A DNA stretch of 64,000 nucleotides from Chloropicon primus (GCA_023205875.1 CP060759.1:434001-498000), one strand, 5' to 3'. Positions 48,462 through 59,653 are shown, counted from the stretch's first letter. Program-made: numbers and translations. Notes: generated by a model from the letters alone, not told the origin.

Positions 48462-49638
48462 TCAGGTCATCGCTTTCAGCCTCTGAGCGAACGTCATGAT
48501 TGGCGTATCGTTCTGGTTCGTCGCTGCGTTCGAGATCAAGGCCTTCTTCAAGTGAGACAGCTTATCCTTGTTAGAAAAGGCAAAAGGATTCGACCCCTTC
48601 TTGATGCCTGGTCCGGGTGTCATGGGCATCTTCGAGGCTGACTTCACGGCGTCCTCCCAATCTTCGTCGACCTTAGTGGCGCAAAGAAGATCAACCTCAG
48701 GGAAACTATTACGTCTTTCCCTTTCGTGCACAGCTTGGTTCTCTGAAGGCAACCCGAATTCAGGCTCGTCGTTGTGATTGGCTCCATCCAGGTTCGTGGC
48801 CGCTCTATTCTCGTCGTGCAAACGCCAGCCGGTGAGACCGGCGTCAGACACACGTCGCTTCCTTGGGCCCACTCTCTTCGACCTCGCCCACTGGAAGGTA
48901 AGGTCCTTCATGATGCTTGACAGCCACTCGTTGTCAAGGTCTCCGGGAGGGTTGACATACATATGCTGGAAGATCAACATGGTGCGCCTCTCATACTTCT
49001 TCTTCTCGCCCTCAGCAAAAGTGGTTCTCAAGTTTCCAGTAAGCTCGGAAGGAAAAAGAATGTGAGTCACGCCCTGACCAGAAATAGAATCTTTCTTCTT
49101 GCCCTTCCTCTTGTTGTTCCTGTTGTCCTTAGCGCCCTCTCCTACGACAGGAAAACACTCTTCGTTACCAGGACCGCCGTCCTTCTTCGCCAACAACTCG
49201 TTCAAGACAGGCTGTCGAACGCGAAGGTCGTTGATGCCGTGAGCAAACCTGCACCTGTTTCCACGCAAGCAACCGTAAGACATGTAGTGGTAACAGAGTC
49301 TTGTCTTCACCAAACGTCCCGATTGAATCTTGTCCGAGTTCTCGGTGTCTTTCTCCTGCATATCGACAATGTATCTCAACGCAAGCTTCTCCAAGGCCTT
49401 GGTCAGGTCCCCATTTGTCTGACCTTGTTCAATCTGGACACACACCCGAGAAAGAGAAACGAAAGGTTTCGTTTTGTCAGCCTGGCGTGCTCCAACGAAG
49501 AGTCAAAGACAAGAAAAGCATACTCACCAGCTTGTTCGCCTGCTTGTACGCTTCCAGGAAGTGAATACTTCCTAGCTTCACAAGCATATCAGCTATCTGG
49601 TCTTGTGGAACTGATTCTTTGGCCGACATCGCGCACAT
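48462..49638 (-). CDS. CCCH zinc-finger protein, 2 coding exons
   Basis: KTRLCYHYMSYGCLRGNRCRFAHGINDLR; intron 49434-49527; start approximate. Confidence 0.8.
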
Positions 49639-50675
49639 ACTTCCACAGGTGGTCTCTTCTCTACTAAACTAAAATATAACTTCGACAGAAGTGCTATACA
49701 TAAGCCTCGGCTTTCGCTTTGATTGTCAAAGCTTCTTTCTTTTGATGAGGAAACAAACAAAACCAAGAAAGAGAAAAAAAAGGGATGACTTTGCTCTAGG
49801 GCAAACACCTTGGGGTCCCGCGAGAGGAGGTTCGTGTGCACAACCAACACAACCAAAACGGTTTTGTCAACGTGGCTGGAGTTGCGACTCTGTCCGTTTG
49901 TATGTACACGACAACCGGGCACGAGCTTCCTCCCTCGTTGGCTTCGACTCCAGCAAGGTCTATAAGTCACACCGTTCGTTTGCCTCCGCGCGAAAGCAGG
50001 ACCTAAACCAAACAAAACTCGAGGCAAAAAGACACGAAAGACCTAGCGCTGGAGGGATGTTTATTAGTTAGTTTTGTTATTCACTGGCCTTGTCTTGCCT
50101 TTGCTGTGTCTTGGTTATATAACATCAAGGTTTTGTTGGTATATAAGGAGAACCTACCTAAAGCTGAGGATTACCTTATGAACAAGCCACCACGATTCCT
50201 TCGGAGGAAACAAGCAGGAGGGACCCTTACCCTGGACTAAGAGGGGGATAGAAAGAGAAGCCTGGGCCATCCCATTACTTGTCCGATCAAAGTTTCTTAA
50301 AGATTCCCTCGGAGGTGATTCAGAAACCACCACATACCCACGTGGATGCTACAAAACGACGAACAATCATCCTTTCTAAACCTAAACCTTTCTACTGGGG
50401 TCGATGATGGATTGGATGCTTTGAGTGAGATACCAGTGACTCCTCCAACAACAGATAGAGATAGAAAACACACACCACACGTGAATACGTCGCTTCGCTT
50501 CATTCCCTGTCCTACTCCAGTGCTAAAACCCTGGAAAGCAAAGCCAAGCAGAGAGCATAGTCAAACTTGCTTCCACTGCCCGAAGGGGACTCGAGGACTC
50601 GAAGGATTACGTGAGGGTCTCCATTTTCTCTTTTTTTTTTTTGGAGGGCTGGAGATCACACCATACCTCGCAAAG

Positions 50676-52291
50676 ATGGTGACGACGCGAAGGCAGGCGG
50701 CCGCAGGGAGCGGCAATGGCGATGCACCGCGAGGGTCGAGGACCAAGAAGGACTCGTCAAAGAGCGACGTCGCGGGACGCCACCCTGACCACGTGGAGTA
50801 CGAGTTCTTCGGTCCCATCCTCGGCCCCATCGGCATCGTGGTTGGCCTCCCTGCTGTGATGTTTGGCTTGTACGGGTTCTGCGGGAAGCATGGGTGCGTC
50901 TCGCTCAAGCCTTTCGAGATCCCGGAGGTGAACATCGGGGACCGCGCGATCTCCTTCGAGGGCTTCCTCGTTTACTTGGGCTGGATCTTCGGCGTGGTAA
51001 GTTGGTTTTGAGATCGCAAGCCTCGAGTACTCTCGTGGCAAACCTCTGTGACGGGTGGGACACTGACTCGCCTCGATTGGAATGATTGGAATGATTAGGC
51101 CCTCCTTCACTTGGTCTTGCCCAGCTCCAGGAAGCTGGGCGTGAGCCTTGCGAACGGGAAGCGCCTGGAGTACCGGATGAACGGGCTGCTCGTGTACGCG
51201 ACCACCCTGCTTCTGGTCTACGCCCTCGTGGCGGACTGGGACTGGCCCCAAAAGATCGGTTTGAGGGCGTCCATGCTGGGATACGTGTACGACCACTACG
51301 TGGAGCTCATCTCGGCGTCTGTTGTATGCACCCTGCTGTTCAGCATTGCGTTGTACCTCGCGTCTTTCAGGTCGAAATCCGTTCTTTGTGCAAAAGGTAA
51401 GGGAACACCGCCGCGCTCTCGAGGCGGGGGTGGGGACGCAGCTGCTCCCTCGTTGGCGTGAGGAACTAACTTTACCGAAATGGCTTGAAATTCTCTCGAC
51501 TCTCGCTCGAACTCCGACAAGGCGGCGACACGGGAAGCAGAATCTACGACTTTTTCATCGGGCGCGAGCTCAATCCGAGAATAGGCAGCTTTGACCTCAA
51601 GGAGTTTTGCGAGCTGTACCCGGGTCTGATAGGTTGGGTGGTCATTGACTTGGCCATGGCGTACAAGCAGCACGAGATTCACGGCTCGGTTTCCAACTCC
51701 ATGGCCATGGTATGCCTCTTCCACGCGATTTACGTGGCCGACGCGCTCTACTACGAGAAGTCCATCTTGACGACAATGGACATCGTTCACGATGGTTTTG
51801 GCTTCATGCTCGCTTTCGGGGACCTTGCTTGGGTCCCGTTCACGTACACCGTGCAGGCCCGCTACCTGGTGGACCACCCAATCCACCTGTCCCGCGCCTT
51901 TTTGGCCGTTGTGCTGGCTTTGAAGATCGTCGGTTACCTGGCGTTCAGAGGAGCAAACGGCCAGAAGGATATGTTCCGGAGAGACCCGAACTCCCCAAAG
52001 GTCAAGCACATCAAGTACATCAAGACGAAGAGGGGGACGAGGCTCATGGTCTCCGGGTGGTGGGGAATCGCGAGGCACATCAACTACACGGCTGATTGGA
52101 TCATGGGCCTGTCGTGGTGCCTTCCCTGCGGTTTCGATCACGTCGTCCCCTACTTTTATGCGATTTACTTTGGAGTTCTCCTCATTCACAGGGACTTGAG
52201 GGACGGTGAGGCGTGCGAGAACAAGTATGGCAGCGACTGGGACAAGTACTGCAACGTGGTCAAGTACAGATTGATTCCCTTTGTCTACTAA
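50676..52291 (+). CDS. ERG24: Delta(14)-sterol reductase (ERG24/FACKEL), 3 exons
   Basis: YEFFGP, YRMNG, GRELNPRIG, TTMDIVHDGFGFMLAFGDLAWVPFTY, SGWWGIARHINY, KYGSDWDKYC; introns 50997-51098 and 51397-51521. Confidence 0.93.
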
Positions 52292-52681
52292 AGACAAACG
52301 CGGTCCGTGTAACCATATCTATCCTATCCTCCTTCCTTCCCCCACTCTCAATTTTACGATTGCGAAACCAACCAGGATTTCGCACAAAACACCAAGGTCC
52401 CTCCTCCAACAGAAACAGAAAGCGGATCGAGTGCCTTGGGTACCGAGCAAGCTTCGAGCTTCCTTCCGGTCCCCGCATGGTGTCCTGCCCAGACCAGGGA
52501 GCCCACCACTTGCTTCGGTCCTCGAGAGGGTCTAGAACAACCCACCCAGGGTCTCCTCCCAAGATGGTTTGCCGAGTGGTGAGAGGGATGGAGTAGGAAA
52601 GGGGAACGGTTGTCACAGTTTTTTCAAGTCCAGGAAGGGAACGCGGGTCACCTCCCTCCGAGGGAAGGAACAAAGGCAGCC

Positions 52682-53720
52682 ATGGACTACACGAGTAGTG
52701 CCCACATGAAGGAAAAGAAAGCGGAGAGGGAGGCAATGGCATTCATTGACCAGCTTGTGGTGGACGTCGGAGGGCTCAAGAGTCATATCAGGAGTCTCCA
52801 ACAAAAGTGCGAGGTGGGTTTACCGAGTGTGAGGTGGAGGAAAGAGCGGGTCCTAACCGCAAGAGCCCGCCGAGGTTTCGGTCCTTCTGCGCCACAGGCG
52901 CTTTGCTCTTCCCGTCCTCGAAAAGGTGGCCAGTTTTTCAGAGTTGTGGCCAATGAATCTGGTGTGACGGTCCGGAGCGAATCGGCAGCACAGGTCGTGC
53001 CACCACGGTTTGAGACACGCTTGCTGACAATCATCTTCGTGCTCTTCCTCACAGGAGGTGGACGCTATGCTGGTCCCTGCGGAATTCCCCAAGAGCAACA
53101 AGAAAGGTGAGCACCCCCTGGAGCAGCAAGGCAAGGTAGTGCTACCCCAAACCCCTCCCCACTGACGTTACGCTGCCTTTGTTTCGATCGTGCAGTGGAG
53201 AGAATCAGCGTGAACAGGCACAAGAGCGTGGAGCTCGTTCGGAAGGAGAGGGACCAAGAAAGAAAGCAAAAGTATTGGTCGAGCCCCACTTCCCTGATTC
53301 CGGTGAGCTTGCCGAGGCAGACGCCTGAGGAGCAAGAGCAGAGGGAGCTCAAGGAGAAGAAGGAGAAGACTTACATGGAGTATGCCAGCGTGAGCTTCAA
53401 GGTATGTGGCCACCGCATCGAACGAGGACGAGGGACACTGACGGCAACGACTTGTAATTTTTCCTGCTCTCTTCGGGAACTACTCGACCGCAAAGGCTTC
53501 GGAACGGACCGTCGAGCACTACCAGGACGGGGTGAAGAGCTTCAGGACCGGGAAAGTCAGGGACAAGTACCTGCACAAGCAGGACATGGAGAAGCTCAAG
53601 GAGCACCAAAAAGGCGTCACCAGCTCGCGCGCCGCGGCGAGGCAGCTCTCGAACGCCCTCAGCGGGTGGGTGGAGCAGCCCGAGGGCGAGGACATCGACG
53701 AAGATAAGCGGAAAGACTAG
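52682..53720 (+). CDS. Hypothetical protein, 4 exons
   Basis: Introns 52814-53054, 53107-53195 and 53402-53495 give one open frame to TAG 53718-53720. Confidence 0.7.
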
Positions 53721-53838
53721 GTCTAATAGTTATTTACAGCTTCCTATATATCATTGCCTCCGAAGAACAGCAAGCGGCAGCTCGTGCCACACTACCCAAT
53801 AAGAATGATAAAGTCCAGATGATGAAGAAGATGATGAT

Positions 53839-54317
53839 TTACTTCTTGCTCTTCTTGGACTGCATCTTGAGCACCTTCTTGACAATCTTCTGCTCCTCGA
53901 TCAAGAAAGCCCTGACGATTCTAGTCCTGACGTTGGCGCCGGAAAGGACGCCTCCGTATGGGCGGTGGACAGTGCGATCCTTCTTGTTCGTCTGGCTCTT
54001 GGATCCTGTGTCGTGATTCAGCACCAGCAAAACAAAACAAAACAAAACTCGGTTGTCAGACCAAAAAAAAGAAAAGCACGAGAGAGAGAGAGAGGTTGGA
54101 GGCGTCTCCGTCCGCGTCCGAAATGAAACTCACCCTTGGCTGGCCTGAGGACAGGAACGCCGTTCAATATCTGCTTGGACATAGGGTCCACGGCAGGGTT
54201 GCTCTTCTTCGCCACATAGTGAAACACGAGCTTTCCACCTGGAGTCTTCAACTTCTTGACCCTGTTGCTCTTCGTAGCATACGAGTGCCTCCTTCTGTAC
54301 GTCAAACGCTGAACCAT
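53839..54317 (-). CDS. RPL34: 60S ribosomal protein L34 (eL34), 2 exons
   Basis: [25 protein letters not shown]...[27 protein letters not shown]; intron 54006-54133. Confidence 0.96.
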
Positions 54318-54775
54318 CTTGCCCTCTCAATCACACACACACCTCGTGCCCTTGTAATGCGTCGCGCGATCAACTCCGCTTCTCTCTCTGAGGAACGCCG
54401 CTCTCTCGTTTTCGTTGCGTTTCGTTTCGTTTCGACGCTTCTCTGTCTCTGTACGGAGTAGATTTCCCTTCTTAACAAGGAACAAAAAAAAAGAGGCGGC
54501 GGCGGCTGGGTATCATCCAGTGTAAAGACTATAAAAGAGTGTACATGACGTGAACCAGCGGGAGCGAAAAAAGAAAACCAGCACGCGCAGCCGATCGATC
54601 GCTTGTGCGTTCTTGCTTTGGTGAAGGTTCTTTGCTTGTCACGGGTAATCATATCGTGTCCAGCTGCGGATTGAAGTTCTTTATTCTCTCCCCCACTACC
54701 TTTTTTTTTTTTCTGTTCTCTCGCCCTTCAGGAGCCACCGAGAACAACGACGACGACGACGACGACGACAACAAG

Positions 54776-55270
54776 ATGAGATTGGAGACGTGCTGGTTTT
54801 GCTCTTCGAACATTTACCCCGGGAGGGGCGTTGTGTTCGCGAGGAACGACGGCACCGTGTTCAGATTCTGCCGCTCCAAGTGCCACAACAACTTCAAGAT
54901 GAAGCGTAACCCGCGGAAGGTGAAGTGGACCAAGGCGTACAGGGCAGCCAAGGGGAAGGACCTGACGAACGACACGACGTTCGAGCTGGAGAGGAAGAGG
55001 AACAGACCGGAGAGGTACAACAGGGACGTGATGCAGAAGACTCTGAAGGCGATGGAGAGAATCACGGATATTCGAAACCAGCGCGAGTCGAGGTTCATCG
55101 CCAACCGCTTGAAGGAGAGGAAGAGGCAGGAGAGGAAGCTCGCGAGGAAGCAGCTCGACCAGGAGATCCACCTCGTCCAGTCCCCAGCCGCCGCGATTGC
55201 TTCCACCTCCAAGGAGAAGCTCAAGACGCCCGTCGAGAAGGTCAGGGGGAGGCAGAAGATGCAGGAGTAG
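54776..55270 (+). CDS. RLP24: Ribosome biogenesis protein RLP24
   Basis: [44 protein letters not shown]. Confidence 0.95.
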   Translation: MRLETCWFCSSNIYPGRGVVFARNDGTVFRFCRSKCHNNFKMKRNPRKVKWTKAYRAAKGKDLTNDTTFELERKRNRPERYNRDVMQKTLKAMERITDIRNQRESRFIANRLKERKRQERKLARKQLDQEIHLVQSPAAAIASTSKEKLKTPVEKVRGRQKMQE

Positions 55271-55417
55271 AACCTTGCAAAGGAGGTCTGTTGTTTATCG
55301 ATGGGCGCTCGCGCGCGTACTCGCTCTTTGCTCCTCAAGTGGGGGCACGCCCGGGGAGGCCGCCGAGCGCCACGGGTGGCCAAGTCCTGATGATCGGCTT
55401 GCACGTTTGCCTCAGTT

Positions 55418-56848
55418 TCAGCCGTGCGTGAATTTCCTGCCGCCAAAGACGTCGACAAAGCTCTGCGAAGCGCCCGCCGCATGATTTTGATGTTTCGGCT
55501 TGTGATTCTTCTGATCCTTCGAGCTCCCGGGAGCCTTTTGCCTTTCCTTCGCGGCGGAGGGGGGGGCTGTCCTTGGCTTTCTCCTCGCTTGGCGAGGCTT
55601 GTCTTGCTCGTGCGCGGGCAACAAGTTCCTGGCTGAGGAATGGAATCAGGGGTACGAAAATGTTTTGGGGCGGGGAGCAAGCCGACGACTGTAAGTAATA
55701 CGCACACTAGCGCACTTGTAATTCAATCACACACACACACACGTTCTCACTGATGCCTTTCGCGAGAGACTCACCCGTGACGAAAGTGGGTCCGGGATGG
55801 ATGGACTGGGCGCTGCTGTGGAATCGTGGAGCTTGGTGGTTGCTGCGACTCGAGCCAAGGGGAGCCTGAGCAAGAGCCCAGCTCAGTCAGTCATCGGAGA
55901 AAGCGACAACACGCGGAACAAGTGTTTGAGAGAGAGAGAGAGAGAGAGCAAGTGCTTACCACGTGATCGAACGCTTTCCTGAGCTTTGCGATCTCCTCCT
56001 GCTCGTGCATGTGCTCCATGACCAGGACGTCAATCCTGTACGAGACACAGAGAGAGAAACCAACACAGACGACGACGCGTGTGAGCAAAGGTGTCCATAG
56101 AAATGCCAGGCATTGAATGCCTGAAGGAAGGATGAGGGAAAGGGGCTCTTCACCTGTCTTGCAGAAGCTGCTTCTCGTGCTGATGGGCAAGGATGTCAGC
56201 GGCAACGATGCTCTCCTCGGCGCTCTCGCGCTGCTCACGCCTTCGCAGTGCCATCTGCTCGTCCACGTCATCCCTCTCCTCGCGCATTTTCACCATGGCT
56301 TCCCTCAGCCACGATATGTACTCCTCCAAGTTCTCCAGCTGCACTGCGAACTTTTGGGTCTCCTTCTCCAGGTTTGCCGCCTCCGCCGCGGCGCGGCTCT
56401 CCCGCTCTTCCAGCCTGGGAACATCCGAGTCGTGAGCTTTGCAAACTTTGTCTGCAGAGTCCATGCTCTGCTGAATCTCGCGCGAATCCAGTCCGGACTG
56501 GTATCTCTTGCTGTCCCGCATGAACGAATTCACTCTGGAGAACAAGTTCTTCCGCATGTCACGCACCTCCCCCCTCCTCGAGTCCAATCTGTCCTGGGCG
56601 ATCTGCTTCTGCCTCAAGACTATGCTCTGGCCTTGGTCGATCGAGAGAAACTTTCTCAGCTTGAGGGCCGCGACGTCGTCCACGTGACGGGCGATCGCCT
56701 CTTCCACCTCCGCACCCTCCGCCCTCGTCGCCTTGAGCCTTTTCTTCACGCTCTCGATGACTTTGGACTCCTGTCTGATGGAAGCGTCGATGCTTCGCAG
56801 CTGCTTCGCGAGCGAGTTCACCGCGTCCGTCAGCGCGTCGTCCAGCAT
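55418..56848 (-). CDS. Hypothetical coiled-coil protein, 4 exons
   Basis: Heptad-rich exon 1 (56154-56848); introns ~56036-56153, ~55866-55959 and ~55633-55775 keep frame to the stop at 55418. Confidence 0.7.
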
Positions 56849-56973
56849 CGTCGTGATCGTGGTTGGAGAGCGACAGAAGCAGCTCCACCGGCCTCAGGTC
56901 CCCCAGGGAGGCGAAGAAGTGATCGCAGATTCTGAACACGAGGCGGAACGCCGAGGAAAGAGAGCTTGTGCGA

Positions 56974-57368
56974 TCTTCACGTCCTCCTCCTCCTGCCTCC
57001 TCCTCGCGATGCGATCGATCGATCACCGGCAGCTGTCCTCTTCGATCAAAGTGATCGCAGACTTCCCACCCACGCACGAAAAGAGGAAAGAAAAAAAACC
57101 GAGAGAAGCACAGGGAGCAGAGACACTGGCAAGTCTTCGTCTTCACGTCCTCCTCCTCCTGCCTCCTCCTCGCGATGCGATCGATCGATCACCGGCAGCT
57201 GTCCTCTTCGATCAAAGTGATCGCAGACTTCCCACCCACGCACGAAAAGAGGAAAGAAAAAAAACCGAGAGAAGCACAGGGAGCAGAGACACTGGCAAGT
57301 CTTCGTCTTCACGTCCTCCTCCTCCTGCCTCCTCCTCGCGATGCGATCGATCGATCACCGGCAGCTGT
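56974..57368. repeat. Perfect 166-bp tandem duplication (~2.4 copies) in a divergent promoter
   Basis: cttcacgtcc recurs at 56975, 57141 and 57307; the units look identical by eye. Confidence 0.95.
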
Positions 57369-57488
57369 TCCCTCCCCGCTAAGGAACGTTATCCCGCCGA
57401 TCTCGATCGGATGATCGCCGATTTTGATTTTTGATTTTTTTTTGGTTTTAGGTGGCGGCTGAAGGAACGATCAGTCGGGGGGAGCACC

Positions 57489-58598
57489 ATGGCGCCCTTG
57501 TACAGCTTGTTCTGCGTGACGAAGCCGACGGCGCTTCCGGTGGAAGTGTTCCGCCTGATGCGGAGGGTGGGGACCAAGGTGTACACCGACGGCGGGGTCG
57601 TGACGCAGGTCGCGTCGTACGGGAACAACGAACTGGCGTATCCGGTCAAGAGGGCTGGAGAAACGTTTAACGAGGGAGAGATGTGGCAGATGGGTTTCCA
57701 CGCTTCTCCTGGGTTCGTGAAGGACTTGAGGAAGCTTCTTTCGGAGGACCACAGGGTGTTGAGGCAGCTTGTGACGAAGGAGCCGAGGTATCCGCCTCTT
57801 TATTATTTCAGCGCGCAAGCCATTGACGAGTTCGTGACGGCGCAGAAGACGCAGGAGGAGCTGGAGCACGAGGCGGACCTCCTGGAGCTGGAGAGGGAGA
57901 AGCTCAAGGAGGCGGAGAAGGCATCCACGCGTCTGAGGGGTTACTTTGACTCGAGGGCCGTGTTCGACGACACCGAGGCGCGGTCGAGAGAGACGGTGAG
58001 CGGGAGGCAGGGGAAGCCAGCCAAGCACGGGGGGAAACGGCGGGAGCAGTTTGAGCCCGAGGAGGTGAACTCCATGGCGGATTTGGAAGAGGAGGTGACC
58101 CTGGACCAGATCGTATCTGAGTTGAAGAGGTACGAAATGCTTCGCTCCGGGATCGAAGAGCTTCTTGAGGACACGACTCTGACCCAGGAGGAGAGGGAGG
58201 AGCTGACCGAGGAGAAGGAGAAGGCTGAGGTCGTCATCAGCCAGGCGTCCGAGAGGGTGGAGAGCTACCAGCGGGAGCTCGCAGTCCTTCAACGGGAGTG
58301 GGTGGAGGAACTGAACGAGTACGCCAAGAAAGCGGAGGAGATCGAGAGCATGCTCAAGAGCGAGGAGTACGGCGAGGAGGAGAAAGAAGCCCTCGCGCAG
58401 TTCAAGGAGGACTTGAAGAAGAGGGGGGCCAAGATCGAGGAGCAGTTTCACACGGTTGAGGCCTACTCCCAGTACTGCCTCGACGTCGCGAGGGGGGATC
58501 TAGACTTGGGGGACGTAAGAAAGCTAGAGAAGCTTGAGCTGGACTCGGACTCGGACTCGGACTCGGACTCGGACTCCTCCGAGCCTCGGGAGAACTAG
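57489..58598 (+). CDS. Mitochondrial ribosomal protein S6 (bS6m) with a ~270-aa acidic coiled-coil C-terminal extension
   Basis: PLYSLFCVTKP..RVGTKVYTDGGVVTQVASYG..ELAYPVKR..GEMWQM..L.ED.RVLR matches plant-type mitochondrial S6; ends in a (GACTCG)n-encoded DS repeat. Confidence 0.8.
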   Translation: MAPLYSLFCVTKPTALPVEVFRLMRRVGTKVYTDGGVVTQVASYGNNELAYPVKRAGETFNEGEMWQMGFHASPGFVKDLRKLLSEDHRVLRQLVTKEPRYPPLYYFSAQAIDEFVTAQKTQEELEHEADLLELEREKLKEAEKASTRLRGYFDSRAVFDDTEARSRETVSGRQGKPAKHGGKRREQFEPEEVNSMADLEEEVTLDQIVSELKRYEMLRSGIEELLEDTTLTQEEREELTEEKEKAEVVISQASERVESYQRELAVLQREWVEELNEYAKKAEEIESMLKSEEYGEEEKEALAQFKEDLKKRGAKIEEQFHTVEAYSQYCLDVARGDLDLGDVRKLEKLELDSDSDSDSDSDSSEPREN

Positions 58599-58665
58599 GG
58601 GTTCGAATGTACAACAGGTAAGCTTCGGCCAGTGACTTTTCTGACTTCTTTGTTGTTTCTGATAG

Positions 58666-58745
58666 GCATATGATGAAGAACCATTATTTTTATCAGTTAT
58701 CCCTATCTGAATAAGAATTTGAGGACCATTAGCTCTACCTGATGC
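58666..58745 (+). ncRNA. Box C/D snoRNA with two guides (snR38-like and U45-like)
   Basis: C box ATGATGA 58670. Guide CAGTTATCCCT is antisense to LSU AGGGAUAACUG, with D' CTGA 58707. Guide ATTAGCTCTA is antisense to SSU UAGAGCUAAU, with D CTGA 58739. Terminal stem gca/tgc. Confidence 0.88.
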
Positions 58746-58928
58746 TTGAAACAACGAGAAAAGAAAAGTCTTCGTAGGCAAGCAAGTGCGAGGAGAAGAA
58801 GCTCTGTTCCTGACTTGTGGTTTGCCTTTCGTCTTTCCAGTGATACTTTATTTTTGCGGACAAGCAAGTGTATTTTTGTAGCCAACAGGTGAGTTTGGAA
58901 TATGACAACAGCAACAACAAAGGTATTC

Positions 58929-59030
58929 GTCAAGGATGAGAAACAAAACATAAGGTCTTCTTTCCGCGTAAGAGGAGTTTGTAGATAGGACTCCGATGAC
59001 GTCTATATCGAAAATCAAAATCTCTGAGGC
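58929..59030 (+). ncRNA. Box C/D snoRNA with two LSU guides (one snR190/SNORD12-like)
   Basis: C-like AGGATGA 58933. Guide GGTCTTCTTTCC is antisense to LSU GGAAAGAAGACC, with D'-like AAGA 58970. Internal hairpin ggagt/actcc. Guide GAAAATCAAAATC is antisense to LSU GAUUUUGAUUUUC, with D CTGA 59024. Confidence 0.78.
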
Positions 59031-59107
59031 AACAACATACCAAGAATCGTGCGCGCGTTGTGTACCGCCGCGTGTGAAAAGAATATCAGGGGGGCTTGGC
59101 TGCATGC

Positions 59108-59211
59108 AAAATGTGATGAAGAACACTTTTATTCAACAAGCTCAACAGGACAGATGACGTCACACAAAAGATGTGCCGCATGTTGATTATCTCCGCTGTA
59201 CTGAGCATTTT
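59108..59211 (+). ncRNA. Box C/D snoRNA, LSU guide
   Basis: C box GTGATGA 59113. Guide CAAGCTCAACAGG is antisense to LSU CCUGUUGAGCUUG, with D' CAGA 59151. D CTGA 59201. Terminal stem aaaatg/catttt. Confidence 0.85.
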
Positions 59212-59405
59212 CATGAGCACGAGAGCCTTCGCCCGGACTTGAGTGTCAGAGAAGGACCCAAGCAACTCAACTCAACTCTTTTTTCTTCCTTTATTCGGCT
59301 TCAGGTGCAGATTTTGAGTGAACGAGCTCCACAGAACGACGACGACGGTGGCGTCCCTTTTTGGTGGAGGTAAGCCGAAAGAAGAATGAATTGACTCACG
59401 CATAT

Positions 59406-59518
59406 GCCGATGATGAAGAATTCAATGGGCGTTTCTCAAAACATTCGCAGACCCATCTAGAGCTTTCCCTGCGCAGGTTGAGAGCTGTTGCGGTATCATT
59501 TCCTTGGATGTCTGAGGC
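59406..59518 (+). ncRNA. U14: U14 snoRNA
   Basis: C box ATGATGA 59410; domain A CATTCGCAG 59442-59450; domain B TTCCTTGGATGT plus D CTGA 59512; terminal stem gcc/ggc. Confidence 0.93.
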
Positions 59519-59575
59519 GTAATGCATGTCAAGTGTGTGAGTTTGAAGTGAGGGACCGCCGAGGGTAGACGTGAA

Positions 59576-59653
59576 AAAACGCATTTGATTGAAACTCAAA
59601 ATCGGATTCCCACTGAAAATAGAGTGATGGATAAAAGAGTGATGATGCGTTTT
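59576..59653 (+). ncRNA. Probable box C/D snoRNA with degenerate C and D boxes
   Basis: Terminal stem aaaacgcat/atgcgtttt; C-like TTGATTGA 59585. Guide TCGGATTCCC is antisense to LSU GGGAAUCCGA, with D' CTGA 59613. C' GTGATGG; D-like ATGA 59642. Confidence 0.65.

Noticed and set aside
5218..52291. Sterol-related 'cluster' (Patched-like SSD protein and ERG24)
   Set aside because: More than 40 kb apart with unrelated genes between; consistent with chance
56974..57368. Possible CRISPR array or LTR/transposon
   Set aside because: Contiguous identical units with no spacers, terminal inverted repeats or enzyme ORF, in a eukaryotic context
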